Part shown: positions 41,046 through 50,602 of the stretch, piece after piece | Numbering within the stretch: the stretch's first letter is position 1 | How the letters are laid out: every line of letters begins with the position of its first letter | NCBI GenBank assembly: GCA_964517765.1 | Contig: CAZFEN010000002.1 | Span: 7,568 to 71,567 of the forward strand | Origin: an uncultured Actinomycetota bacterium | GTDB taxonomy: Bacteria > Actinomycetota > Humimicrobiia > Humimicrobiales > Humimicrobiaceae | Length of the DNA: 64,000 nucleotides | Reading direction: 5' to 3' | Translations under genes and position numbers: made by a program | The notes under the pieces: generated by a model | What the model saw: the letters and a program-made list of their open reading frames with translations, nothing else | Databases searched by the model: none | Told to the model about the DNA's origin: nothing

Positions 41046-42206
41046 TTAATATGTAAGTCTACTTATATTCTGTACCATTGCTACCCATGTCGAACCTCTG
41101 TTAAACAACATGATTCTTCCTTCACCATCTCTGTACACAAATGGATCGAAAGCAGACGTCCTCTCCCATGTTCCTTCTGCGATATTACCGTCCATAAAGA
41201 AAAAGGCTTTACCCATATCGCTGGTTCCTGTTGTTCTTACCGCCATATGTTGGGCTGCATCTATTGGACCTTCGATATTAGTAATCATGACGATTACATT
41301 ATTTACTGCAATCTGCTGACCGGTTTCATAGTCGGTATGTTTATTGCCGCCAACATATTTATAATAAACGTTTTCTTCCATATTATATTCGAAGCTTGCT
41401 TTATATGCATTTTGATCAGAAAAATTAATAGCTATATTACCTGTATCACCTCTATTGGAAATATCTGTATCCACTTTAAATTTTAAAGGCGACTGACCTC
41501 CCTCTAATGAATATCCAAGACTTTCCGCTTCTTCTTTTAAACTTGTTGTAGACATAAAAGCGGTATGTTCCTGAATGTTGCTTCTGTTCCAGTCTCTCCA
41601 TCCGGAAGAAGAATTGGCCACAATAGAACTATTTCCTGATTGGTCCCCCAGAGGTGTTAATACATCCAATCCAAGATTTTCAATTGTTTTATATGCTTCC
41701 GTATAAGTGCCCCAGAATGAATATACCGGATCGAAACTTCTCGCAATCTCAGCATAATATATCCTCGCACTTCTGATCGGGCCTACGATTTCTGCATCAT
41801 GAGAAGAATACACCACTACGTACCTCGTCACTCCATATTCATCAACAACTTCAAATATAATATCGGCATAAATGAGTCCTGACTGTGGTCTTGCATCCGG
41901 AGTATTTTCTACCATTATTGCAAAAGGTCTGCTGTCCAGGACTGCATCGGATATTTCCAGTCCGCTTAATATATTTATATTTCCGGTTATTTCTGTTCCG
42001 CCGACTTCGTCTACAATTTCCTCTTCTTCTTCAGCTGTTTCTTCCTCTTCTTCCGTTACTTCTTCTTCTGCGGTTTCCTCTTTCGCTACCTGACCGAATT
42101 TACAACCTGTAAAAACTAAAATAGAGATTAAAGTAATAACCGACAATACTACCAATAACTTCAGTAAAATAAACATTCTGTGTGATTGATTGTTTTTGAA
42201 AGCCAA
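41046..42206 (-). CDS. DUF3048-family lipoprotein (YerB-like) with an acidic low-complexity linker
   Basis: Lipobox LVFTGC; linker EETAEEEVTEEEEETAEEEEEIVDE; DUF3048-like core RPFAIMVENTPDARPQSGLIYADIIFE. Confidence 0.65.
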   Translation of the reverse strand: MAFKNNQSHRMFILLKLLVVLSVITLISILVFTGCKFGQVAKEETAEEEVTEEEEETAEEEEEIVDEVGGTEITGNINILSGLEISDAVLDSRPFAIMVENTPDARPQSGLIYADIIFEVVDEYGVTRYVVVYSSHDAEIVGPIRSARIYYAEIARSFDPVYSFWGTYTEAYKTIENLGLDVLTPLGDQSGNSSIVANSSSGWRDWNRSNIQEHTAFMSTTSLKEEAESLGYSLEGGQSPLKFKVDTDISNRGDTGNIAINFSDQNAYKASFEYNMEENVYYKYVGGNKHTDYETGQQIAVNNVIVMITNIEGPIDAAQHMAVRTTGTSDMGKAFFFMDGNIAEGTWERTSAFDPFVYRDGEGRIMLFNRGSTWVAMVQNISRLTY

Positions 42207-42229
42207 TTCAATATACCTCCGAATTAATT

Positions 42230-43519
42230 TTATATATTTCTTTTTAATAACAAATTTCTAACTATTATAATTGTAAATGTTAAAAAGTAAAACACTAATA
42301 AAAATATTAATATGTATATGGTCTCTACTTCTTTTTTAGTAGATAATTCTTCATAAATAAATGCATTACTGATACTTTCTCTTGCGATAAGATCGATTTC
42401 TTCTATTTTTTTATCGTTAACGATGATTTCCATCGTTCCCATAACCTCATTTTCCTTAACAGGTAAAGCTATATCGGTTTTTACTTTGTTTTCTACATCG
42501 ACAACATCTCTATTTATATTTATCAGCTTTATATAATCCCTATCAGGATATAAATCTATGCCCGTAACTGTCCGTTCACCTGTGTTTACAGTCAGGACCG
42601 CCTGTTTTAAATCAACTATTTTTACATATTCCAGATTATTGTATGCCCAGTCCAGTAATTTTAATGCATCTTTGTCCCTTTCTTCCTTAGAAGAACTATT
42701 TAAAATCACAGTCAGAAGTTTTAAATTATTCTTTTCGGAATAAAGCACAAGACAAAAACCAGCATTTGTTTTAGAACCGGTTTTTATTCCCCTTATATAA
42801 TCTTCGCTAAGAAGCCTGTTTGTGTTTATAATTTTAACTTCTTTGCCATCTATTTTTATGGTATCTTCAATCGTTCTAACAATTTCTCTGAACAGTTCAT
42901 TTTCCATACAATAACCAGCAATTTTAGCAATATCAAATGCTGTCGATTTATGATCTGGGGAATCATCAAGACCATTAGTGTTCTGAAAGAAAGAATCATG
43001 CGCCCCTATTTCCTTTGCTTTTTTATTCATTAATTCTACAAAATCCTCTTCATTTCCTGAAACATATTCAGCAAGGGCAATAATCGCATTATTATGAGAG
43101 CATATAAGCGATGCCTTAAGCAGATCAAGCAGGGTTATCCTATCACCTGTTTTAAATTCAAATACGGAATTATTTCTCCCTGAAGCATTCTTTGAGATCT
43201 TCGCTATTTCCTCCATATTGTCTATTTTTTCAATAGCAACAATAGATGATAGTATCTTGGTTATGCTGGCAGGATACATCAATTCGGAGGAGTTCTTCTC
43301 CCAGAGAATATCTCCTGTCTCATAATTAACAACAACTGCAGCTTTTGCAGATATATTGATCCTGTCGTTATAGATTGCTGCATCCGGATCACAGTAGATT
43401 TTATCAGGAACGGTAAAAAAGAAGAAAGAAAAAATTATAAGGAAGATTAAAATATATACTAATATGCAGTATGTTTTTAAGTTTTTTTGAATTGGGACCG
43501 AAGAACTTCTAACGATCAT
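42230..43519 (-). CDS. D-alanyl-D-alanine carboxypeptidase (peptidase S11, PBP5/6-like) with a C-terminal TM anchor
   Basis: SxxK motif ASITK, SxN-like CSHNN, and KTG (GIKTGSKT); N-terminal signal anchor and C-terminal hydrophobic helix. Confidence 0.8.
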   Translation of the reverse strand: MIVRSSSVPIQKNLKTYCILVYILIFLIIFSFFFFTVPDKIYCDPDAAIYNDRINISAKAAVVVNYETGDILWEKNSSELMYPASITKILSSIVAIEKIDNMEEIAKISKNASGRNNSVFEFKTGDRITLLDLLKASLICSHNNAIIALAEYVSGNEEDFVELMNKKAKEIGAHDSFFQNTNGLDDSPDHKSTAFDIAKIAGYCMENELFREIVRTIEDTIKIDGKEVKIINTNRLLSEDYIRGIKTGSKTNAGFCLVLYSEKNNLKLLTVILNSSSKEERDKDALKLLDWAYNNLEYVKIVDLKQAVLTVNTGERTVTGIDLYPDRDYIKLININRDVVDVENKVKTDIALPVKENEVMGTMEIIVNDKKIEEIDLIARESISNAFIYEELSTKKEVETIYILIFLLVFYFLTFTIIIVRNLLLKRNI

Positions 43520-44241
43520 TTATGTTTTTCCAGAAATTTCCTATTTTCTTTCTTTACTAATAATTCTTGAAAATCACAGAGCACTCTTTCTAACTTGCCA
43601 ATAATTCTAATTGCTCTTATATGAGAATCTTTTTTACTTGACATCATCAAAGGAAAAACAATTTGCTGAATAAATGAAGAATGGCGGCTGGCAAAATTTT
43701 CAAACAATTTCAAATGTTTTATCTGTATACCATATCTGGATAACTCACTTATGATTTTTAGAATTTCGATATCATTAGAATCTATAATATATTTGCCATC
43801 TTCTTCTATCCATCCGAAAATTTCATTTTCGACCAGACTTCTTATTAAAGATGGTGCCAGTTTGAATTTTTTAGAAATATCTTCCAGTGAAAATGATTTT
43901 GTCTCATACCCGGTTTTAAATTCTTCTCCCAATTTAAGCTGAAGATTTTCGATAGATCTGCCTTCACTCAAAAATTTCTTAAAATCTCTTGATTTTAGTT
44001 TTTCCTTTATAACCTCCAGGGGCATATATAGATCTTTTTGCATTTTCAATATAAAATTTAGTTTTTCTATATCTTCCCTGTAAAAAATTCTATATTTATT
44101 GGATGCTCTTTTTGGTGACAGAAGTCCTTCGAATTCCAAAAATCTGATTTTACTATTGGTTAAATCAGGATAAATCTTTTTAAAATTTTTTACGACCTTG
44201 CCTATGGTAAGATATTTTTTTTCCGGTAATTTTTTATCCAT
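43516..44241 (-). CDS. MerR-family regulator of the FtsR/Rv1828 type
   Basis: N-terminal segment YPDLTNSKIRFLEFEGLLSPKRASNKYRIFYREDIEKLNFILKMQKDLYMPLEVIK matches the signature of actinobacterial Rv1828/FtsR (…ISKIRFLEAEGLV…YLPL…). A second MerR-like helical domain follows. Overlaps the carboxypeptidase start (ATGA). Confidence 0.7.
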   Translation of the reverse strand: MDKKLPEKKYLTIGKVVKNFKKIYPDLTNSKIRFLEFEGLLSPKRASNKYRIFYREDIEKLNFILKMQKDLYMPLEVIKEKLKSRDFKKFLSEGRSIENLQLKLGEEFKTGYETKSFSLEDISKKFKLAPSLIRSLVENEIFGWIEEDGKYIIDSNDIEILKIISELSRYGIQIKHLKLFENFASRHSSFIQQIVFPLMMSSKKDSHIRAIRIIGKLERVLCDFQELLVKKENRKFLEKHK

Positions 44242-44655
44242 TTAATCCTTTCTACCGAAATAAAAAAATAAAAATATATATTTCCCGATTTGTACTCTAT
44301 CCTCATTTTTTAAAACGACATTATCCACTATCTCTCCATTTACATAGCTTCCGTTTAGACTACCCAGATCTTTTATTAAAAAATCATTGCCAGATCTTTT
44401 TAATACTGCATGTTTTCTGGATACTGTTATATCATCAAGAAATATATCCGATTCAAGATTTCTTCCGATTGTGAGTTTGGATTTGTTTATAAGGAATTTA
44501 TCTCCAATATTGGGACCTTTTATGATGACAAGCCCGCTACTGCCTTTCGGTACCTTTTTTATATCTTCAAGTATAGTACTGGCTATTTTTTCTATACCTT
44601 CAATTTTTTTATCAATAATAGATTCGGTTTTTTTATTTTTTGGTTTAATTTCCAT
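44242..44655 (-). CDS. Small FHA-domain protein (GarA/OdhI-like architecture)
   Basis: C-terminal FHA core (TIGRNLESDIFLDDITVSRKHAVL…DLGSLNGSYVNGE) preceded by a ~45-aa Thr/Ser-containing N-terminal tail. Abuts the MerR gene with no gap. Confidence 0.8.
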   Translation of the reverse strand: MEIKPKNKKTESIIDKKIEGIEKIASTILEDIKKVPKGSSGLVIIKGPNIGDKFLINKSKLTIGRNLESDIFLDDITVSRKHAVLKRSGNDFLIKDLGSLNGSYVNGEIVDNVVLKNEDRVQIGKYIFLFFYFGRKD

Positions 44656-44725
44656 TTTTTATTTCCGATCTATCACTTTTGTTTAAACGTATAACTCTAA
44701 ATTTAGATGTATAAAATAAAACACA

Positions 44726-44804
44726 TGGTCGGGACGAGAGGATTCGAACCTCCGACCCCCAGTACCCCATACTGGTGCGCTAAACCAAACTGCGCTACGT
44801 CCCG
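44726..44804 (-). tRNA. tRNA-Pro (anticodon GGG)
   Basis: Minus-strand read CGGGACG-UA-GCGC…CCAGU AUGGGGU ACUGG…GGAGGUUCGAAUCCUCU-CGUCCCG-A-CCA. C1:G72 with discriminator A73 is typical of bacterial tRNA-Pro. The anticodon loop is U33-GGG-G37, and CCA is encoded. Confidence 0.85.
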
Positions 44805-44863
44805 TCTTACTCTATTTTAAGATAATGCAAATGATTAGTAAAGTTATCTATCCGAATAATATC

Positions 44864-45886
44864 TTAAACTTCAGATTTAAACTTTCTTTTCATTAGTTTA
44901 TTGACAGATTCTATCGGACTTAAATCTTTATAAATAATCTCATAAACACATTCGGTAATCGGAACTTCGATATCCAGTTTTCTAGAAATCTCATATACAG
45001 CTCTGGTAGTATTAACCCCTTCTGCAACCATGTACATATTTTCAAGAATTTTCTCTATTCTGTCACCACCTGCTATCCTCTCACCTACGCATCTGTTCCT
45101 GCTGTTTTTACTTATGCATGTTGCTATAAGATCTCCCATTCCCGCTACTCCTGAAAATGTCAAAGGATTGGCACCGAGCCTGTTTCCAAGTTTAGCAAGT
45201 TCATGCAGTCCTCTCGTGATTAGAGAAGCCTTTGTATTTGCTTTATATCCCATACCATCAGAAATTCCCGCTGCTATTGCTATTATATTTTTAACTGCTC
45301 CGCCGATCTCGACACCGACAATATCCTTATTGGTATAGACTCTGAATTTGTCTGTAGATACTATAGGCTGAATGTATTCTAATGTCTCTCTACTATATGA
45401 TGCAGCCACCGATACGCTGGGAAGTCCCTGTGCAATCTCCGAAGCTATATTAGGACCGGATAATACACAGATCTTTGATATAGATTTTCCTGGCAGGCAT
45501 TCTTCCATTACCTGCGATAATCGTAAATTGGTTCCAATCTCAAGTCCTTTTGCCACATTTAATACACATTTTATATGCTTGATATTCTCTCTTATAATTT
45601 CATTAAAATTATTGATTATTTCTCTCAAAGTATGGGACGGGACCGAAAAAATTATGATTTCCGGATTTCCGAAACCATCCTCAGGTTTTATGAACGGTAT
45701 GACATTTTCAGGTATATATAAATCACCTGTATATTTTTTATTTTTTCTCGATCTTTTTATTTCTTCATAAGTATCTTTACTTCTTGTCCATAAATTGATC
45801 ACGTACCCTTTTCCCGCAAGAATTACCGATAGAGTTGTTCCCCAGCTTCCGGCACCGATTATAGTTATATTAATCTTTTTATTCAT
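44864..45886 (-). CDS. gpsA: NAD(P)H-dependent glycerol-3-phosphate dehydrogenase
   Basis: ITIIGAGSWGTTL Rossmann motif; GpsA C-terminal domain. Confidence 0.9.
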   Translation of the reverse strand: MNKKINITIIGAGSWGTTLSVILAGKGYVINLWTRSKDTYEEIKRSRKNKKYTGDLYIPENVIPFIKPEDGFGNPEIIIFSVPSHTLREIINNFNEIIRENIKHIKCVLNVAKGLEIGTNLRLSQVMEECLPGKSISKICVLSGPNIASEIAQGLPSVSVAASYSRETLEYIQPIVSTDKFRVYTNKDIVGVEIGGAVKNIIAIAAGISDGMGYKANTKASLITRGLHELAKLGNRLGANPLTFSGVAGMGDLIATCISKNSRNRCVGERIAGGDRIEKILENMYMVAEGVNTTRAVYEISRKLDIEVPITECVYEIIYKDLSPIESVNKLMKRKFKSEV

Positions 45887-45905
45887 AATCCTTTTATCTT
45901 TAAAT

Positions 45906-47222
45906 TTAGTATTTAAACTTAAAATATATGGGGGTACCCATAAAACCGAATTTATCTCTTATGCTGTTTTCAATATATCTTATAATATTTACTTTTCTTT
46001 TTACATCCATATTCGAATAAACCAAAAAAACCGGAGGTGAAGATTTTATCTGTCTTATAAATTTTATTTTGAATCTCTTACCTTTTATAAAAACACCCGT
46101 TGTTTCCTGATCCTGTTTCTTAAAAAAGCCTGTAATCATGTTATCGGATATTTCTTTTTTTCTCTCAATCATAAGCTTATCTATCATTTTTATGATATTT
46201 CCAATCCCCTTTTTTGCCAGTGCACTTATCTTTAAAAAAGGAATATAATTTGCGAATTTAAGTTTTAAATGAAACATGTTTGTAATATTATCAATTGTTT
46301 CTCTATCAGCTATATCGATTTTATTAAAAATAACACAAATGCTTAAGCCCTTCTCTATGCAGGTTTCTATTATTCTAACATCCTGTTCGGCTACTTCTTT
46401 GCTGCAATCTATAAGTACAAGACTTATGTCCGATTTTTCTATTGCTCTTAATGTGCGGAGCCAGCTATAATAGTTCAGATCTTCTTCTTTTTTCTTTTTT
46501 CTTCTCATTCCGGCAGTATCTATAAATTTATAAATCTTATTATTTAATCTCACCATGCTGTCTATGCTATCTCTTGTGGTCCCTTCTATCTCATCTACTA
46601 TCGCTCTTTCGTCTCTGATAATAGTATTAAACAATGTCGATTTTCCTGTATTCGGTTTTCCAAGAATACAAATAGCAGGAACTTTTTCCTCTTCATATTT
46701 ATATATATCAATAGAATCTTTTTTAAATTTTGAAACAATTTCATCCAGAAGATCTCCAGTATTTGTGCCGTGCAGCGCAGATATTTTTACCGGATATCCA
46801 AAACCAAATTTTAAAAAATCTTCAATATAGAAATCCCCTTCTTTATCATCATACTTATTACCTGTAAAAATGATTTCCTTATCTGTTTTTCTCAGCAGTG
46901 ACGCTATTTCTTCATCAATAGGAGATACAGGCTGTTTCAGATCAACCATAAATATAATAATATCCGATTCGTCTATAGCTTTTTTTGTTTGCAGAAATAC
47001 CTGCATATCCATCCTTTGTTTTGATTTCAAATCTATTCCACCCGTATCCAGCAAATAAAAAATCTTACCGTTCCAATCGGTCATGTAATATTTACGGTCC
47101 CTTGTGATCATTGGATCTTTATGCACAATTGCTTCGCTTTTTTTACATATTCTGTTTATCAGAGTGGATTTACCTACATTTGGTTTTCCGATAATAGCAA
47201 CTTTTGGTATGTTCTCATTCAT
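45906..47222 (-). CDS. der: Ribosome-biogenesis GTPase Der (EngA), two tandem G domains + KH
   Basis: GKPNVGKST appears twice (VAIIGKPNVGKSTL and ICILGKPNTGKSTL), followed by a C-terminal KH-like domain. Confidence 0.9.
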   Translation of the reverse strand: MNENIPKVAIIGKPNVGKSTLINRICKKSEAIVHKDPMITRDRKYYMTDWNGKIFYLLDTGGIDLKSKQRMDMQVFLQTKKAIDESDIIIFMVDLKQPVSPIDEEIASLLRKTDKEIIFTGNKYDDKEGDFYIEDFLKFGFGYPVKISALHGTNTGDLLDEIVSKFKKDSIDIYKYEEEKVPAICILGKPNTGKSTLFNTIIRDERAIVDEIEGTTRDSIDSMVRLNNKIYKFIDTAGMRRKKKKEEDLNYYSWLRTLRAIEKSDISLVLIDCSKEVAEQDVRIIETCIEKGLSICVIFNKIDIADRETIDNITNMFHLKLKFANYIPFLKISALAKKGIGNIIKMIDKLMIERKKEISDNMITGFFKKQDQETTGVFIKGKRFKIKFIRQIKSSPPVFLVYSNMDVKRKVNIIRYIENSIRDKFGFMGTPIYFKFKY

Positions 47223-47250
47223 ATGATATCATCCGTAATTAATCCAATAT

Positions 47251-48360
47251 TTAATTAATTATTTCTCTTATAATACTATGACCATCTTCGGATATTATTT
47301 TTATTCTGCCGTTGATTTCTTCAATATCTTTTCTATTGAAATCATCAATTGTAAGATTTTCTTCATTAAAAATTCCTGCGGGAACAAGTATCTTTCCAAA
47401 TTTTTTAGTGTTCTCTTCACATAAAGTCGACTTTATATCCTGTCCGCTTAATAGTCCTGTCACTTTTATATTACCGCCCAGGAATTTATTCTCTACTTCT
47501 AATACTTTAACACAGGAAACTATTTTTTTCCCTGCTGTTTTTGATTTTTTGGCAAGATTATCCAGGGACCTGTCTATTACCTTTTTCCCATATTCAGATG
47601 TGACCACCAGTATCGGTCCTTTGTCACTGCCGGATTTATCAGCAAATTGATCAAATTTTATCTCTTCATCTATTTCCTTTAAGAAAACGGTACTCTTCCC
47701 TATTCCGTTTTCAATCTGATAAAAATCCCCATAGTATTTATATTCCGGGAAATCAATACCTGCAAGGATATAGAACTCATCCGAAAGAAAAATATTTACT
47801 GATTTTTTTAAAGACCTGTGCTTTTTTTTAAAATCGTTTATTTTATTAATTATTTTCAGAGCATTTTCTCCGGTATAAGGTCTTATTTTAGAATTTTTAT
47901 TAAATTTTGTGACGCCTACAGGCACAATACCTATTGATAATATGTTTTTAAAATCGCTGATCAAGGCCAAAAGAGTTATATCCAGATCTTTACCGTCATT
48001 GATTCCTGGACAAAGCACTATCTGGATATTTGTTTTTATATTATTTCTATCGAGGATCTTTAGATTTTCCGGTCCGGAAGTATTTTTTTTATTATTAAAA
48101 ATAATCTTTCTTATGTCTTTGTCTAAACTATGTATGGAAACATAAAGAGGTTCCAGCCTGTATTTTATTATTTTGCTTAAATCTTTTTCAGTAACATTTG
48201 TAAGAGTTATAAAATTGCCATACATAAAGGAAAGAAGGTAATCATCATCTTTCACATATAATGAAGGCCTTAAATTTTCGGGAAGCTGTTTTATGAAACA
48301 AAATATACAATTATTCTTGCAGGTCTTTATTTTTTTTGATACTAATTTATAATTTTTCAA
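47251..48360 (-). CDS. Radical SAM protein, DUF512-like
   Basis: CxxxCxxC motif (CKNNCIFC) near the N-terminus; placement immediately upstream of der, as seen for DUF512 radical SAM proteins in Firmicutes. Confidence 0.55.
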   Translation of the reverse strand: MKNYKLVSKKIKTCKNNCIFCFIKQLPENLRPSLYVKDDDYLLSFMYGNFITLTNVTEKDLSKIIKYRLEPLYVSIHSLDKDIRKIIFNNKKNTSGPENLKILDRNNIKTNIQIVLCPGINDGKDLDITLLALISDFKNILSIGIVPVGVTKFNKNSKIRPYTGENALKIINKINDFKKKHRSLKKSVNIFLSDEFYILAGIDFPEYKYYGDFYQIENGIGKSTVFLKEIDEEIKFDQFADKSGSDKGPILVVTSEYGKKVIDRSLDNLAKKSKTAGKKIVSCVKVLEVENKFLGGNIKVTGLLSGQDIKSTLCEENTKKFGKILVPAGIFNEENLTIDDFNRKDIEEINGRIKIISEDGHSIIREIIN

Positions 48361-49198
48361 TAGCTTTTTTTACATCTAATATATCCTCTACCGGAGTAGA
48401 TGCACCCCCGCTGATTCCTACTTTATTTACCTTTTTAAACCATTCAGGCTTGATTTCCCGATTACTTTCTATATGATAGGTCTTCTTATTTATTTTTTTT
48501 GATATGGATGTGAGGTTTCTTGTATTGGCGCTGTTCTTCCCGCCAACTATTATCATTACATCGACTTTTTTTGCCAGTTCTTCGGTGGAATTCTGTCTGT
48601 TTCTTGTTGTATCGCAAATAGTATTATAAACAATAAGTTCTTTTGTTCTTTTTAACGATTTACCACTTATCATAATCAAACGGTCCAGTATTTGTGTGGT
48701 TTGAACCACAATTCCTATTTTTTCTTTTTCAGGGAGTCTTTCTGCTTCGGCTTTATTTTCAATTACTGTATAATTTCCATTTAAGATATAATCTCTTATT
48801 CCCATTACTTCAGGATGCTTTTTATTCCCGATAATAATTACGAAGTACCCATTACTGCCAAGCTCCGCGGCTCTTGCCTGAGCTTTTTTTACAAATGGAC
48901 ATGTGGTATCAATGATCTTTATATTCTTTTCTTTAATTTCTTTTATTAGATTTGGGGACATACCATGGGATCTTATTATAAAAATACTGCCGGGTTCTAT
49001 TTTTTTTAGATTCTGGACCGAAATTAAGCCCCTTTCAGCCAGACTATGCGAAACTCCCGAGTTATGAATGATGGATCCAAGTGTAAAAACTTTTATTTTT
49101 TTATTGACCTTATTTTCTTTAAGTATTTGCTCTGTTATTTTTAGAGCTCTCTTTACACCAAAACAATATCCTGAATATTTTGCAGTTTTTATTTCCAT
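48347..49198 (-). CDS. ispH: 4-hydroxy-3-methylbut-2-enyl diphosphate reductase
   Basis: LytB fold, with the three conserved Cys (…GYCFGV…, …TTCPFV…, …NTICDTT…). Confidence 0.9.
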   Translation of the reverse strand: MEIKTAKYSGYCFGVKRALKITEQILKENKVNKKIKVFTLGSIIHNSGVSHSLAERGLISVQNLKKIEPGSIFIIRSHGMSPNLIKEIKEKNIKIIDTTCPFVKKAQARAAELGSNGYFVIIIGNKKHPEVMGIRDYILNGNYTVIENKAEAERLPEKEKIGIVVQTTQILDRLIMISGKSLKRTKELIVYNTICDTTRNRQNSTEELAKKVDVMIIVGGKNSANTRNLTSISKKINKKTYHIESNREIKPEWFKKVNKVGISGGASTPVEDILDVKKAIEKL

Positions 49199-49217
49199 AT
49201 ATTAAAAATTTTACTTC

Positions 49218-49865
49218 CTATTTTATCTTTTTATATAACTTATTTATTTCTTCCATCGTCTTATCCAATATTTTATTTATTGCTTCCTTTTTAGCGTTGT
49301 CCTTCACAATATCATTAATATCTATTATATCCCCTACTATTAACTTTATCTTAGGAAAGAATATTCTCTTATGTGGTTTCTGTATTATTTTATTTGTACC
49401 GCTCAAAGCCATCGGTAAAATAGGTGCACACGAGACAGCCGCTATGAATCCTATGCCTTTCTTACCCTCTCTCAATATGCCGTCCCTTGACCTTGTACCT
49501 TCCGGGAATAAGCCAAGAGCATTTTCTTTATTTAAAATTTCAAATGAAGTGTGAAACGCTCTCCTGTCAAAAGATTGACGTTTGACAGGGAAAGCATTTA
49601 AAAAAGTTATGAGAGGTCCCATAATCTTACTGCTGTATAACTCTTTTTTTGCCATAAAATAAATACACCTGGGTATAAATGCTCCTACTAATAATGCATC
49701 CAGAAAACCTATGTGGTTTGAGCATATCAATAATTTACCTTTTCGGGGCACTTTAAATAAATCTATTGTCTGAACTCTAAATAATAAAATAAATATTACT
49801 TTAAGAAACAATTGTAAAGCTTTATAAAATGCAAGATAGGATTTACTATGTTTTGTTTTTAACAT
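49218..49865 (-). CDS. plsC: 1-acyl-sn-glycerol-3-phosphate acyltransferase
   Basis: HxxxxD motif NHIGFLD, and FPEGTRS. Confidence 0.8.
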   Translation of the reverse strand: MLKTKHSKSYLAFYKALQLFLKVIFILLFRVQTIDLFKVPRKGKLLICSNHIGFLDALLVGAFIPRCIYFMAKKELYSSKIMGPLITFLNAFPVKRQSFDRRAFHTSFEILNKENALGLFPEGTRSRDGILREGKKGIGFIAAVSCAPILPMALSGTNKIIQKPHKRIFFPKIKLIVGDIIDINDIVKDNAKKEAINKILDKTMEEINKLYKKIK

Positions 49866-50544
49866 TTTTTTCCCTTAAATATAATTTTTTTATCCTGTCT
49901 ACTACTTCTCCTATCGACATTTCAGAAGTATCAATGACAATTGCATTTTCAGGGATTATAAGCGGACTATTCTTCCTGCTGCTGTCTATTCTGTCTCTGC
50001 TTATGATTTCATTTTTTATCAGATCTCTCTCCGAAAACTGTTCCTGACTCCTTACCTGAAGAACTCTTCTCCTTACTCTTTCATTTAAATTTGCAGTAAG
50101 ATATATTTTTAAAGTTGCATCAGAACATACAACACTTCCGGTGTCTCTACCCTCAAGTATGGCATTGCCCTCCTCTATGAATTTTTTCTGCAGATCAACA
50201 AGATAATTTCTCACTCCAGATAATTTTGAAACAATAGAAACTGCAGATCCTACTTCCCTGCTTCTGATTTCATTGGTGACATTTTTTCCGTTTAACCTCA
50301 CAGTTGTATATTTATCTGCATCCACGGATTTGCTGTCTAATTCAAGATCTGTATTTCTTGCAAGTTCCAATATTGATTTCTCATCCCGGTAATTTATTTT
50401 ATTTCGCAGTGCAAGAAGTGTTACCGCTCTATACATGGCACCTGTATCAATATATTTAAAATTCAATTCTTTTGCCAGAATTTTGGCTACTGTACTTTTA
50501 CCGCTCCCTGCAGGTCCGTCTATTGTAATAATATTTTCGGGCAT
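49846..50544 (-). CDS. cmk: Cytidylate kinase
   Basis: P-loop DGPAGSGKST…IDTGAMYRAV. Confidence 0.9.
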   Translation of the reverse strand: MPENIITIDGPAGSGKSTVAKILAKELNFKYIDTGAMYRAVTLLALRNKINYRDEKSILELARNTDLELDSKSVDADKYTTVRLNGKNVTNEIRSREVGSAVSIVSKLSGVRNYLVDLQKKFIEEGNAILEGRDTGSVVCSDATLKIYLTANLNERVRRRVLQVRSQEQFSERDLIKNEIISRDRIDSSRKNSPLIIPENAIVIDTSEMSIGEVVDRIKKLYLREKNVKNKT

Positions 50545-50602
50545 TATCTGAGCAATATAATATTTAAATATTGTAAAATCATTTTGATAGCATTAATCTA
50601 AT

